From Camelus ferus (lineage: Eukaryota), in contig NC_045696.1 of NCBI RefSeq assembly GCF_009834535.1, forward strand, positions 91,204,001 through 91,268,000: 64,000 nucleotides of DNA, given 5' to 3'. Position numbers and translations under genes: made by a program. The notes under the pieces were generated by a model. That model made no database searches. It was not told where the DNA came from and saw only the letters and a list, made by a program, of their open reading frames with translations. Below are positions 1 to 10,498 of this stretch, in pieces. How positions within the stretch are numbered: position 1 is the stretch's first letter; each line of letters opens with the position of its first letter.

Positions 1-1825
1 GTTGAATTTTATCAAATGCTTTTTCTGCATCGATTGAGATGATCATGTGGTTTTTGTCCTTTCTCTTGTTGATGTGATGTATTACACTGATTGATTTGCG
101 TATGTTGAACCAGCCTTGTGTCCCTGGGATGAACCCCACTTGGTCATGATGTATAATCTTTTTTATGTGTTGTTGGATTCTATTTGCTAAAATTTTGGTG
201 AGGATTTTGGCGTCTATGTTCATCAGTGATATTGGCCTATAATTCTCTTTTTTTGTAGTGTCTTTGCCTGGTTTTGGTATCAGGGTGATGGTGGCTTCAT
301 AGAATGAGTTTGGGAGTATTCCCTCCTTTTCAATCGTCTGGAAGAGTTTGAGAAGGACTGGTATGAGTTCTTCTTTGTATGTTTGGTAGAATTCCCTGGT
401 GAAGCCATCCGGTCCTGGACTTTTATTTGTAGGGAGGTTTTTAATTGCTATTTCTATTTCCTTTCTAGTGATCGGATTGTTCAAGTGTTCAGATTCTTCT
501 TGATTCAGTTTTGGTGGACAGTATGTTTCCAGAAACTTGTCCATCTCCTCTAGGTTATGCAGTTTGGTTCCATATAGTTTTTCATAATATTCTCGTATGA
601 TATTCTGTATTTCTATTTTATTTGTTGTAATTTCTCCATTCTCCTTTCTTATTTTGCTAATTTGTGCTCTCTCTTTTTTCTTCTTTGTGAGTTTGGCCAG
701 AGGTTTGTCGATTTTATTTACTTTTTCAAAAAACCAGCTTTTGGTTTGGTTGATTTTTTCTATGGTCTTGTTAATCTCTATTGTATTTAATTCCTCTCTG
801 ATCTTTATTATTTCCTTCCTTCTGCTGCTTTTTGGGGCTTTTTGTTCTTCTTTTTCTAATTCATTCAGGTGGTGGGTTAAATTGTTTATTTGAGATTGTT
901 CTTCTTTTTTGAGGAAGGCCTGTATCGCTATAAACTTCCCTCTTAGCACTGCCTTTGCTGTGTCCCATAGGTTTTGAGTGGTTGTGCTTTCATTGTCATT
1001 TGTCTCAAGGTATTTTTTAATTTCAGCTTTGATTTCCACATTGACCCATTGGTTTTTTAATAACATATTGTTTAATCTCCATGCTTTCCTTTTTTTCTCC
1101 TTTGTTTCTCTGTTGTTGATTTCCAGTTTCATGGCATTGTGGTCAGTAAAGATGCTTGAGATAATTTCTATCTTCTTAAAATTGTTGAGGTTTCTTTTTT
1201 GCCCAAGTACGTGATCAATCCTGGAAAATGTTCCATGTGCACTTGAAAAGAATGTATATCCTATTTTTATGGGGTGTAATGCTCTGAAAATATCCACCAA
1301 GTCTAGTTTTTCTATTGTAGTATTTAATTTCTCTGTTGCCTTGTTTATTTTCTGTCTGGAAGATCTGTCTAGTGATGTTAATGCAGTGTTAAAATCTCCA
1401 ACTATGATTGTATTCCCATCAATATCCCCCTTTATCTATGTTAGTAATTCTTGTATGTACTTAGGTGCTCCTATATTGGGTGCATATATATTAACGAGTG
1501 TAATATCCTCATCTTGTATCACTCCTTTAATCATTATAAAATGTCCTTCTTTATCTTTCTTTATGGCCTTTGTTTTAAAGTCTATTTTGTCTGAAATCAG
1601 TACTGCAACACCTGCTTTTTTGGCTTTTCCATTTGCATGGAATATCCTTTTCCATCCTTTCACTCTCAATCTATATGTGTCCTTCTCCCTAAAGTGGGTC
1701 TCTTGTATGCAGCATATTGAAGGTTCTTGCTTTATTATCCAGTCTGCCACTCTGTGTCTTTTGACTGGAGCATTTAGTCCATTAACATTTACAGTAATTA
1801 ATGATAGATGTGTGTTTATTGCCAT
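1..1825 (-). pseudogene. L1 ORF2 (APE endonuclease and N-terminal RT), one in-frame TAG at 1436-1438, open to the window edge
   Basis: Translates as MAINTHLSLITVNVNGLN..CCIQETH..NIYAPN..QELLT*. Manual read-through continues in frame: [71 protein letters not shown]. Confidence 0.97.
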
Positions 1826-2229
1826 TTTGAACTTATCTTTGCAGTTGAATTGGTATATCCTCTTTGTTCCTTTCTTCTTCCTTTTGTGGTTTGGTAATTT
1901 TCCTTTGTATTATCATGGATTTTATTTAATTTTTGTGACTCCTTTGTAAATTTTTGGCTTGTGATTACCCTTTTTTGTAAATCTGTCAACCCATTACTAT
2001 AACTGTTTTTATTAAACTCATAGTAACGTGATCTCAAACCCATCCTACTGTTAAAAAAATTTTAAATTGAAAGAAAAAAATATTCTATATTTCCCTGCCT
2101 CCCTCTCCCACTCTCAGTGATTTGTATGTCTTCTTTTATAATTTCATGTTTACTTTATTTGTAATTCATGAGTTATCACCTTTCCAGTTGTGTGTTTCTC
2201 ATTTCTGTAGCATCCTGCTGCTTTTCTAT

Positions 2230-3131
2230 TTAGAATAGCCCTTTCAATATTTCTTTTAGCATGGGTTTAGTGTTGCTAAACTCCTGCAGCTTTTTTTTTG
2301 TCTGTGAAACTCTATTTCTCCTTCTGTCCTCAAGGATAGCCTTGCTGGATAAAGGATCCTAGGCTGCATCTTTTTTTCATTCAGGGCTTTGAATATATCT
2401 TGCCGCTCCCTTCTGGCCTGTAGTGTTTGTGTAGAGAAATCAGCTGAGAGCCTTATGGGGGTTCCCTTGTAACTTACTCTTTGCTTTTCTCTTGCTGCCT
2501 TTAGAATCATTTCTTTATCCTTGACTCTGGCCATCTTGATTATGATATGTCTTGGTGTGAGTCTATTTGGGTTCTTCCTGTTTGGGACCCTCTGAGCTTC
2601 CTGTACTTGGATATCTGATTCCTTCTTTAAGTTTGGGAAGTTTTCAGTCATGATTTCTTCAAAAACCTTTTCAATCCCCTTTGATCTTTCTTCTCCTTCT
2701 GGGACCCCTATTATGCGAAGATTGGGACGCTTTATATTATCCCATAGGTCCCTTATGCTATTTTCATTATTTTTTATTTGCTTCTCTTGTAGTTGTTCTG
2801 AATGGGTGCTTTCTATTGCCCTGTCTTCTAGATCACTAATTCGTTCCTCTGCATTATCTAGTCGGCTTTGCACAGCTATTAGATCATTCCTCATCTCTGT
2901 CAATGAGTTTACCCATTCTACTTGGCTCTTCTTTATAGCTTCAATTTCATTTTTGACATATTTTATATCTCTAAACACTATCTGTTTTAATTCCTTCAGC
3001 AATTCGATCACTCCTTTTTTGAAATCTTGATCTAGTAGGCTATTGATGTCTATTTCGTTGATCTTTCTTTCAGGGGATTTCTCTTGTTCTTTTAATTGGG
3101 AAAGGTTTTTCTGCTTCTTCATCTTGCTCAT
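2230..3131 (-). pseudogene. L1 ORF1 (coiled coil, RRM, CTD), frameshifted near the C-terminus
   Basis: MSKMKKQK..WDNIKRPNLRIIGVPEGEE..ENFPNL..PRHIIIK..ILKAAREK..PIRLSADFS..ILYPARLS. The expected tail KLQEFSNTKPMLKEILKGLF* (TAA at 2230-2232) is in another frame. This fits a 2-nt loss near 2313 plus one extra A in the A9 run at 2291-2299. Confidence 0.95.
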
Positions 3132-3579
3132 ACCTCTTTGGCACTGTGGTTTATGGAGTATCAGTTGTTTATTTTGGTCCTTAAGGATTTTATCTATCTG
3201 ATGCCTATTTAGGAATAGAACTTAGGAAAAAAAGAAAAAAACATAAGAGAGAGAGAGAAAGAATTTTAAAAGAAGGGAGAAAGAGGGTTTGAAAACAGTG
3301 TATAATGAATAATAGAAGAGTGAGTTGAAGCAGAGTATTAATCGGGTTGAGACGTCCTTTTAAAACGTTTACCAAAAAAGGGAGGGGGGGGAGATGAATA
3401 GATGTATTTGAAACCTGTGTCTAATCAATAGCAGGACATCAAAACCCAAGAGAAATAGAAATGAATTAAGAAGTAAAGATTAAGAGAGTAATAGAAAATA
3501 GAACAGGTAAAAACAGATTTAAAAAAAAAGGGGGGGGGGTTTGTCGGTGTTCTCCTAGAGTCTGTGTGCTTTTAATGTG

Positions 3580-4811
3580 AAGTCTTTCTGTCTTCGTCCT
3601 GTTTTGGAAGCTCAGCTTGCTGTTTTCAGAGGCCCTCCGTTGGCGCCCTCTTCTGTGCTGCTCCCAGCACCTGCCGGCAAGCCGATCGCGCCTCCTCCTA
3701 ACACTGGGTCAGGTGCAGCGCTCCTCTGCTGTGGGTGGGCGGGTCGCTGCCCCTCCGGATGCCACAGTCAGATGTTGCAGACTGGCCAGGTAGGAGGGCG
3801 GGTCGTGCCCCCTCCCAGCACCTCGGTCAGGGCTGTGTTCCTGCCCGAAAGGCGTGGGGGCCGCTCTCCCTCCACCTGCGCCGCCGGTAGCTCCGCTCTT
3901 TATGCAGCTGCGCGCTCCGCCCTGGTCGGCGCTCTGCAGGTGGGCTCGGGGAAGACCGAGGGACAGCCCTGTCCCTGCTCCGAGCCAAAACCCAGCTCCT
4001 TGTTTGTCTTTGTGGAGCAAGTTCTCTGAGGGACCAGGATGGAAGGATCCTATCTGCCCCGGGCTGCAGGCCAGTCTCAGTCTGGCCTTTGAGGCTGCTA
4101 AGCCCTTCCGTGCGGATGCAGGTTTCCACCCCGCCCCCGCCTGGGTGCTCAGCACGGAGGATATGGCGGCTGTGCCTGAGCCCCGCCTCTCTTCCCCCGA
4201 AAACTTTCCGCGGGTTTTCAGAGATGGGGGTGTGCACCCTTCCCCCCCAGAGCACATCAACCTTGCTGTTTTATGGCGGGCCCAGGTTGTTCTGCCCTGT
4301 GCACCCACAGTCACAGCGTGCAGCCCCTTGCAGTCCCCCGGGGCTGCCTCTGTGCAGCCGCCCCCGTCCTCCGCCTGGCTTGTGCAGCCTGGCCCTGCCC
4401 GCCGCTGCCTGCCCGCGTCTCAGGCTGGGTGTCGGGGGAACGCTCTGTGCCGTTTAACTTAGTTCTGTTAGTCAAGGGCTGCTCTGTACAGATCCGAGCC
4501 TCGGAGGCTCCCCCTCCGTCCAGCTGGCCTCTCAGTTGGAGAGGGGAGACCCAGCGAGCGAGCGCCAGTCCTCCTTTGCCGCTCCCTCCCTGCGGGACCC
4601 GTCCTGCGCTGCTTTGCCTTTTGTTCTTTCTTTTTTCCTTTTCTCCTACCAGATTTTTGGCGTGTTTATCTTTTGAAGAGGGCGATGTTCTGTCGGAGTT
4701 CCACAGGTGCTCTGGTTGGCTGAGTGGGTCTGTAGATGTGGGTCTTGGTGTATTTGTGGGAGAGGGTGACCTGCGAGCGTCCTTCTACTCCGCCATCTTC
4801 TCCGTCTCCCC
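3580..4811 (-). promoter_or_regulatory. L1 5'UTR internal promoter / CpG island
   Basis: The only GC- and CpG-rich block in the window, at the 5' end of the L1. Confidence 0.85.
4790..4799 (-). promoter_or_regulatory. YY1 binding motif at the L1 5' end
   Basis: AAGATGGCGG about 13 nt from the element start, the position known for the YY1 site in L1 promoters. Confidence 0.8.
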
Positions 4812-4827
4812 GGTTGTATCACTTTTT
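4812..4827 (-). repeat. Probable 5' copy of the L1 TSD
   Basis: AAAAAGTGATACAACC preceded by TT (TT/AAAA consensus). The partner copy would be outside the window. Confidence 0.65.
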
Positions 4828-6593
4828 AATGAAAATTATTACAGCTATCTCTTTAAAGTATTTTTGAGGATAAAAATGTCAAAATCTGGGCTTAGTGTGA
4901 AAACTAAAAAAATCATTCTCTCTTAAGTTACTTCTAACCCAATATTTAAAAGCCAGTTTACAAAATGGCAAGGGAGGAGTTGGATCCTATATAGGGAAAA
5001 CTGTATTATTCACAGACCCGCTATCAGAGGTTTCACAATTATAAAATTAAACCCTTTTCATGGTATTAATTTTTTAAAAACTGCCCTATGTGGGCTATAG
5101 ATACAGTTATCACCAGTATCAACAAACATATGTGCAGACAACCTTCCATGTAGGATTGGTGAACACTACGAGGTCTCACAAATTATGGCCAAATTATCCC
5201 TTTTCAACTTCATGAGCCAAGAAGTATAAGGGGTTAAATTGGACATCAAAACAGCACAGATCTTAGAGTTTGTTTTCATACAAGATCCTGAATCTCACTC
5301 TCCTATAAACCAGCATTTGAACAGTAGAAGCCCTTTTCATAGAGAACCATGGGTTTTCAAGTTCTGATTTTATTTCTGATTTGTTTTTCATTATTTCCTG
5401 AAGCTACTGATGTTTCTGAGGCATTGGGGGAAGTGAGAGAGCCCTGGGAGAGTTTGAGGCTTTGAATTTCGGAACTCAACCATTCAGAAGTTCATACTCG
5501 TGTTCACAAAAACAATGTCGTGGGGTCACTCTGGCCAATGGAGCATCTTGTGCGAGGGCTGGAGCTTGGTTCCTGTGTGTGTTTGCTGCAGCAGCCTTTC
5601 ACCCCTCCGCACTTTTCATTTTTTCTCTCTTTTTCCCTTTATATCAACATGTTGTAGCCTGTGACACCAGCTAAATTAATCACTCGCTGCACTCAGGGAA
5701 GTCACCGCAGGATATAGAATAACAAAGACAACAACATTATTGCAAGGCAGGAGAGAAGGGACTGGCTTGTGAATAGAGTCAGTACACCCTCACCAGCTGT
5801 GTCCTCGCAGGAGCTGGAGCAGCAGATTAAACTGGGGCTGTTTTTTATTCTATTTACATGGATCTGAGAATGGCCACAATACAGTGCCAGGGACCCCTGG
5901 CGAAGGGAAATCCCTTCAGAATGCCAGCGTACTGTCAGAACTGAGGCTTACTCGAGCTTCAGGGTTCCCCTTGGGCAAGCTCTGCTTGGGCAGATCCAGC
6001 TGAGGAATTGCTGAGCCACCAGGATCCGGAACATACAGGATTCTTAAGTTAGAGTCAACAGAGAACCTGCAGGGGGCTGTTCAGGTGTGACCTAGAACTC
6101 TGTTGGACCTTTCCTGTTAAGCATATCTCCCATCTTAGATAAAGGCAGAGAAAGCAACTTCATGAAACTAGCAATGGACATACAAGATGACAGCATAAAG
6201 ATTCAAGAGCTACTTTAAAGCCACAAACAAGAAGTCAAAAATAAGAGGAAATGTAATGAGGATGGTAATAAAAATGTGTTTTATAATCATAAACAAAAAC
6301 AAATATAAATATAAACTACTGTGTTTGGGTTCAGAATATCAATTGAATGAGGGAAATTTAACTTAACAGAAAAGTCACCCCAAAGAAGTTCTAGCATCAC
6401 GAAGAGCCAGCTGAGTGATACAGGCATTAAGCTCATGCTTACAGAAGAACAGTTTGGAGTAAGGGGAGGAAGAGTGGTGTGGCCCATGCACTGGTCAGGC
6501 CACATCAGAAGAAGGGCCCACATTTGGATGAGTGGCATGAGCAGGGAAGCATACAGTACTTTCTGGGGACTAGAGAGAGCAAAATTGGGGCAA

Positions 6594-6991
6594 GTTGTGG
6601 GCTGAATTCTGTCTCCCCAAAATGTGTATGTTGGAGCCCTAACCCCCAGTACCTCAGAATGTGACTTATTTGGAGATAGGTCCTGTAAAGGAGTGATTAA
6701 ATTTAAATGGGGCCATTAGGAAGGGCCCTAATTCAGTCTGACTTATAAAAAAAGAAATTTGGACACAGAGAAAAACACCAGGGGTGCCTGTGCACAGAGG
6801 AAAGACCGTGTAAGGACACAGTGGAAAAGTGGCCATCTGCAAACCAAGGAGAGAGACCTCCGAAGAAACCAAACCTGTCAACACTTTGATCTTGGACTTC
6901 TAGCCTTCAGAACTGTGAAAAAATTAATTTCTGTTGTTTAAGGCACCCAGTCTGTGGCATTTTGCTATAGTAGTTCTTGCAAACTATTACA
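6594..6991 (+). mobile_element. MaLR solo LTR, MLT1B-like
   Basis: TGTGGGCTGAATTCTGTCTCCCC..CCTAACCCCCAGTACCTCAGAATGTGAC..CAGAACTGTGA..TTTCTGTTGTTTAAG..CAAACTATTACA. Confidence 0.9.
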
Positions 6992-7039
6992 AGTTTCAAA
7001 AGAAAAGAAAAATATTTCCTAACAAAGTGGCAGAGATAA

Positions 7040-7750
7040 TCAATAATCTAGGCTATGGTGAAACATGACAAGGACTCCTTCCTTGACTGAACTTTAGTCA
7101 GGTTCCTCTGAGTCCTCTTCTCAACTACATCTTGACCTTGGCCTCCTGGGCTCAGTTTTCACAAAGACTCCTACCCAGAAACTTTATAGAGAAGTCCCCC
7201 ATCCTTGAAATCTAATGAAGTCCTTCTTAGCAATTTTCCATCTGCTAACTCCTCTCACTCTACCCATTGGCAATAAATCCTCAGTTGTCTTTGCTGTATT
7301 GAGGGTTGAGTTCAGTTCTGTACTGAAGTCTCTCTCCCCTACTGCATTAGTTCAGATAAAATTTGCCTTGCCATTTTAGAAAAGTGTCCAGTACAGACTT
7401 TCTCTTTAACACAAACACCCTCAAAATCTCAGTGTCTTAACAACACATATGTAGTGTACTTCCATGCTACTTGTGCTGTGTGGGTCAGCCATGGACTCAC
7501 TCACCATAGTCACTCAAGAATCCAGGTTGATGTTGTACCATCTTGAAATGTGCTTCCACAGTCCTCATGTCAGAGGGCAGGGCTGTGCTGAAACAAGCAC
7601 TGGCCCTTTACGGCTTCTGCCCAGATGTGATCTTTACTTCTGCTCACATTTTATTAGCCAAAAAAGTCACATGGCCACATTTAACCTCATCAGAGCAGAG
7701 AGTGAAATTCTGCTGTGAACCTGCAAGGAGAAAGTTTGAAATACTTGTTT
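7040..7750 (-). mobile_element. Old MaLR LTR (MLT1K-like), interrupted by an ERV1 LTR
   Basis: CTAGGCTATG..AACA | CAAACACCCTCAAAATCTCAGTG..CTGCTCACATTTTATTAGCCAAAAAAGTCACATGGCCACA. Confidence 0.7.
7066..7411 (+). mobile_element. ERV1 solo LTR, MER31/MER67-like
   Basis: TG...CA termini. Starts TGACAAGGACTCCTTCCTTGACTGAACTTTAGTCAGG and ends TTTCTCTTTAACA. Confidence 0.75.
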
Positions 7751-9116
7751 TTACTCTAGAGCCTACACCAATTTTTTTTCTTGGCAAAATCTAAGTTAGT
7801 TCATTTTTATACTCTTAACAGGTTGAGATTCCTCTAGAAAGTGGTTTTATTGAGACAAATAAGATGTTGTGATGATGCTTATGATCTAGAGTAGGAGACA
7901 GATACATCTACCATTAACTTGAAGTCAGTGTGGTGCCTGATTTTCAGTCAGCCCCATCATCCTGTATCACCCAGAGAATCTACTCTCCCCCTGGCCCCCT
8001 GAAGGGACTGCCTTTGTCAACCACTGATTGGGCCAGGAAAGTCTTATTCTTGGAAGTTTGAACGAAAAGGCAAAAAGTCTAGCTACTTTATATGGCCTGT
8101 TTCCTCCTTCGTGATAGGGTGATTTTGGGGACCACAATCTGTGGAGCTGCCCTCTGTGGCTTGGGCCCACACACCCTTCCTGTATGTGACTCCAACAGCC
8201 TGATTTGATTTGTGTGACCTCATCAAAAATGATACTGAATGATGCTGGGACAGAGCTTTTATAGAGAGGGTTCTTTAGTTGGAGAAGACAGTCTCAGATT
8301 TCCTCTCCAACTCTGAGAGTGTGGATACTATTACTCAGACTCCCTACCAGAGTTGAATGTGTGCTAGGATGAGATGCCCATAGTTGTAAGCTGGGACATT
8401 CCTATAAACAGTATTCACCTCAATTTCTTATATTCCTATACCCTGGGTCTCTACATCTTGTTACTGGCTGAGTCACCTTCAGTAAAGCATAGACATTTAA
8501 CCACATGCAATGGCAACTTGGAAGAAAGCACCAGACTTTTGATATATTTTTTAAACTTTCAGGGAGTATCAGGAATATTAATGCTCACTTTCCTGAGATA
8601 CAGGGCATTGATTAGTCTGCACAGTATGAACTGGTATTTGTGAGTGTGTGTATGTGTTTGGCTCTGTGACTATTCCTGCCATGAATGCCACCTCCTTCTC
8701 TCCCACACGGCTTGTTGGAGTCCTTTTATGTTAACACCCTCTGTAAGAAGCCTTCAGTTTGGTAGCACTGCTCACTCCAAACAAATGCATCAGAAAACAA
8801 TGCGCACCCCTGCCCACTAGTCATCAGAGCAATTACTTAATGAGCACATCTCTATTTCCTCCAGGGTGGACTAATTAAAAGGCTTCCATGCTGTTGTCAG
8901 GAATAGACAAAGTATGTTTTGTAGTACTTTTTTGGAGAAACTGAAAGCTAACATTGGGTTCTATGTGGAAACGTTTTCAGCGTTACTCACAGGATTCCTC
9001 TCATTTCTGCCCTTCCAAGACAGGCTCAGTTGTCCGCCATTGATTGAAGAGGAAGGGCAGCAACAAATACATGGCTTGCACATTATTTTCAAGACAGGTT
9101 GTCTGGAGCTATAGAG

Positions 9117-9302
9117 TGGTGGTTCTCAAACTTTAGCACTCGTCAGAGTCCCTTGGAGGGCCTGTTAAAACAGCCTGCTGGCCCTACCCCAGAGTTTCTG
9201 ATTCATTAGGTCTGGGATGAGGCCCAAGAACTTGCACATCTAACAAAGTTCCTTGGGTGTAGCTGGCGGTGCTGGTCTGGAGACCATGCTTTGAGGACAC
9301 TG
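9117..9302. mobile_element. MER5A hAT-Charlie MITE
   Basis: GTGGTTCTCAAACTTTAGC..CCCCAGAGTTTCTGATTCA..CTTTGAGGACACTG, with degenerate 8-bp TSD CTATAGAG/CTTCAGAG. Confidence 0.88.
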
Positions 9303-9459
9303 CTTCAGAGAAGCTCTTTTATTCTCCTCTTACCTCCACTCCTTAAGGCAGTAGGAGCACAGATTTTGTAGTGGAGGTCGAGGGAGAGAATCAGCCTTAG
9401 ACACTTATTTTGCTAGATGAAATAGCTGCTAATGGACATGATTCAGGTAGAAGGGGTGC

Positions 9460-9600
9460 AAAAGCTGGGCTCAAATCCCCGTTTTGCCACTTGGTCGTTC
9501 TGTGCCCTTGGGCTGATTACTCAGTTCTCTGATTCTCAGTGTCATCATCCATCAAATGGGGGCCCAGGCTTCACAAGACTGCTGTGAGGCTGCATAAATC
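9460..9600 (+). mobile_element. MIR SINE fragment
   Basis: TCAAATCCC..GCCACTT..CTGTGCCCTTGGGC..CTCTGATTCTCAGT..CATCCATCAAATGGG core. Confidence 0.75.
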
Positions 9601-10294
9601 CCTAGAATAAGGAGTGACATGCTCTAGTGTCCAGTGCGGGGGAGCCCACTTTTTTTTTCTCCCTCACACTTCTCCCTGCATTTCCCTGGGCACTTTTGAG
9701 TGATTTATTTATTCCTCAGGGTTCACATAATGCTCATGTAATGATTGTCAGGCACAGTTTGCTTTATGATAGAGAGCATCCCTTAAAAAGATTTGCTTAA
9801 GGTGAATCAAGTCTTAAGAGCTAAAGGATAAACTTTACTTTGCCAGGGACTTTGCATGCAGGGAACTTTTTTAATAAACAGAAAAAAGAAACTAGAAAGC
9901 TCCAAATTTACTTTCTTCCATGGAAACGTTAGTGCAGGGAGGAAAAACTGATGTAGTACTACTTTCTAAATTTGTGCATTGAAAGCTGGAATACACATCC
10001 AATTTACACCAAAAGACTACAGGAAAAAATATTTTAAACTCAACAGCTCAGTGACAAAAGGAAGTTCTGGAAAGAAGAGTGTGAAAGGGTATGGAGTCAT
10101 CCAATTCTCTGTGTTCACATCCTCTGCCTTCTCAAATCCAGTTGAGATTATGAATCCTGCTCTCAGTGCTGGTAAAAAACAAACAAACAAAAGCCTTAAA
10201 GAGACTACCTCCCACACTTACTTCCTGCCAAACTTACTCAAAAGCCCAAACAGTTTTAGTTAATTGTGACATCAAGGTCTTTATCAACAGCTCT

Positions 10295-10498
10295 GTTTTA
10301 TTGAGCCATTATTATGTGCCAGACTTGAGGCTATGTATTTTGTGTGCATTGTCTTAGATAATTCTCACAACAACCTAGAACAGAGGTACTAAAATTTCCC
10401 CCAATTTATAGATGAGGAAACTGAAGCCTGGAGAATAAAACACCCTGCCCAGTTTGTAAGAACTAGACACTCAGAACTTGAACTCAGGCCTGCCTGAC
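10295..10498 (-). mobile_element. MIR SINE
   Basis: TTATTGAGC..ATGTGCCAG..CTCACAACAACC..TTTATAGATGAGGAAACTGAAGC..TTGAACTCAGG. Confidence 0.85.

Larger units (their letters stand above)
1..4811 (-). mobile_element. LINE-1, young and 5'-complete; 3' part lies outside the window
   Basis: The minus strand begins GGGGAGACGGAGAAGATGGCGG at 4811, followed by a GC-rich 5'UTR, ORF1, a ~400-bp spacer and ORF2. The 5' flank reads TT/AAAAAGTGATACAACC, an L1 endonuclease site. Confidence 0.98.

Noticed and set aside
597..3030. Hydrophobic plus-strand ORFs (597-893, 978-1214, 1269-1949, 2650-3030) resembling membrane proteins
   Set aside because: They are antisense shadows of the A-rich L1 ORF1 and ORF2.
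3577..4462. Several overlapping 120-200 aa ORFs on both strands
   Set aside because: They lie in the stop-poor, GC-rich L1 5'UTR, several have non-ATG starts, and none has a recognisable domain.
6064..6082. CTCF-like CCTGCAGGGGGCTG (also weaker matches at ~8146-8160 and ~3643-3656)
   Set aside because: Mismatches at informative positions; matches of this quality are expected by chance in 64 kb.
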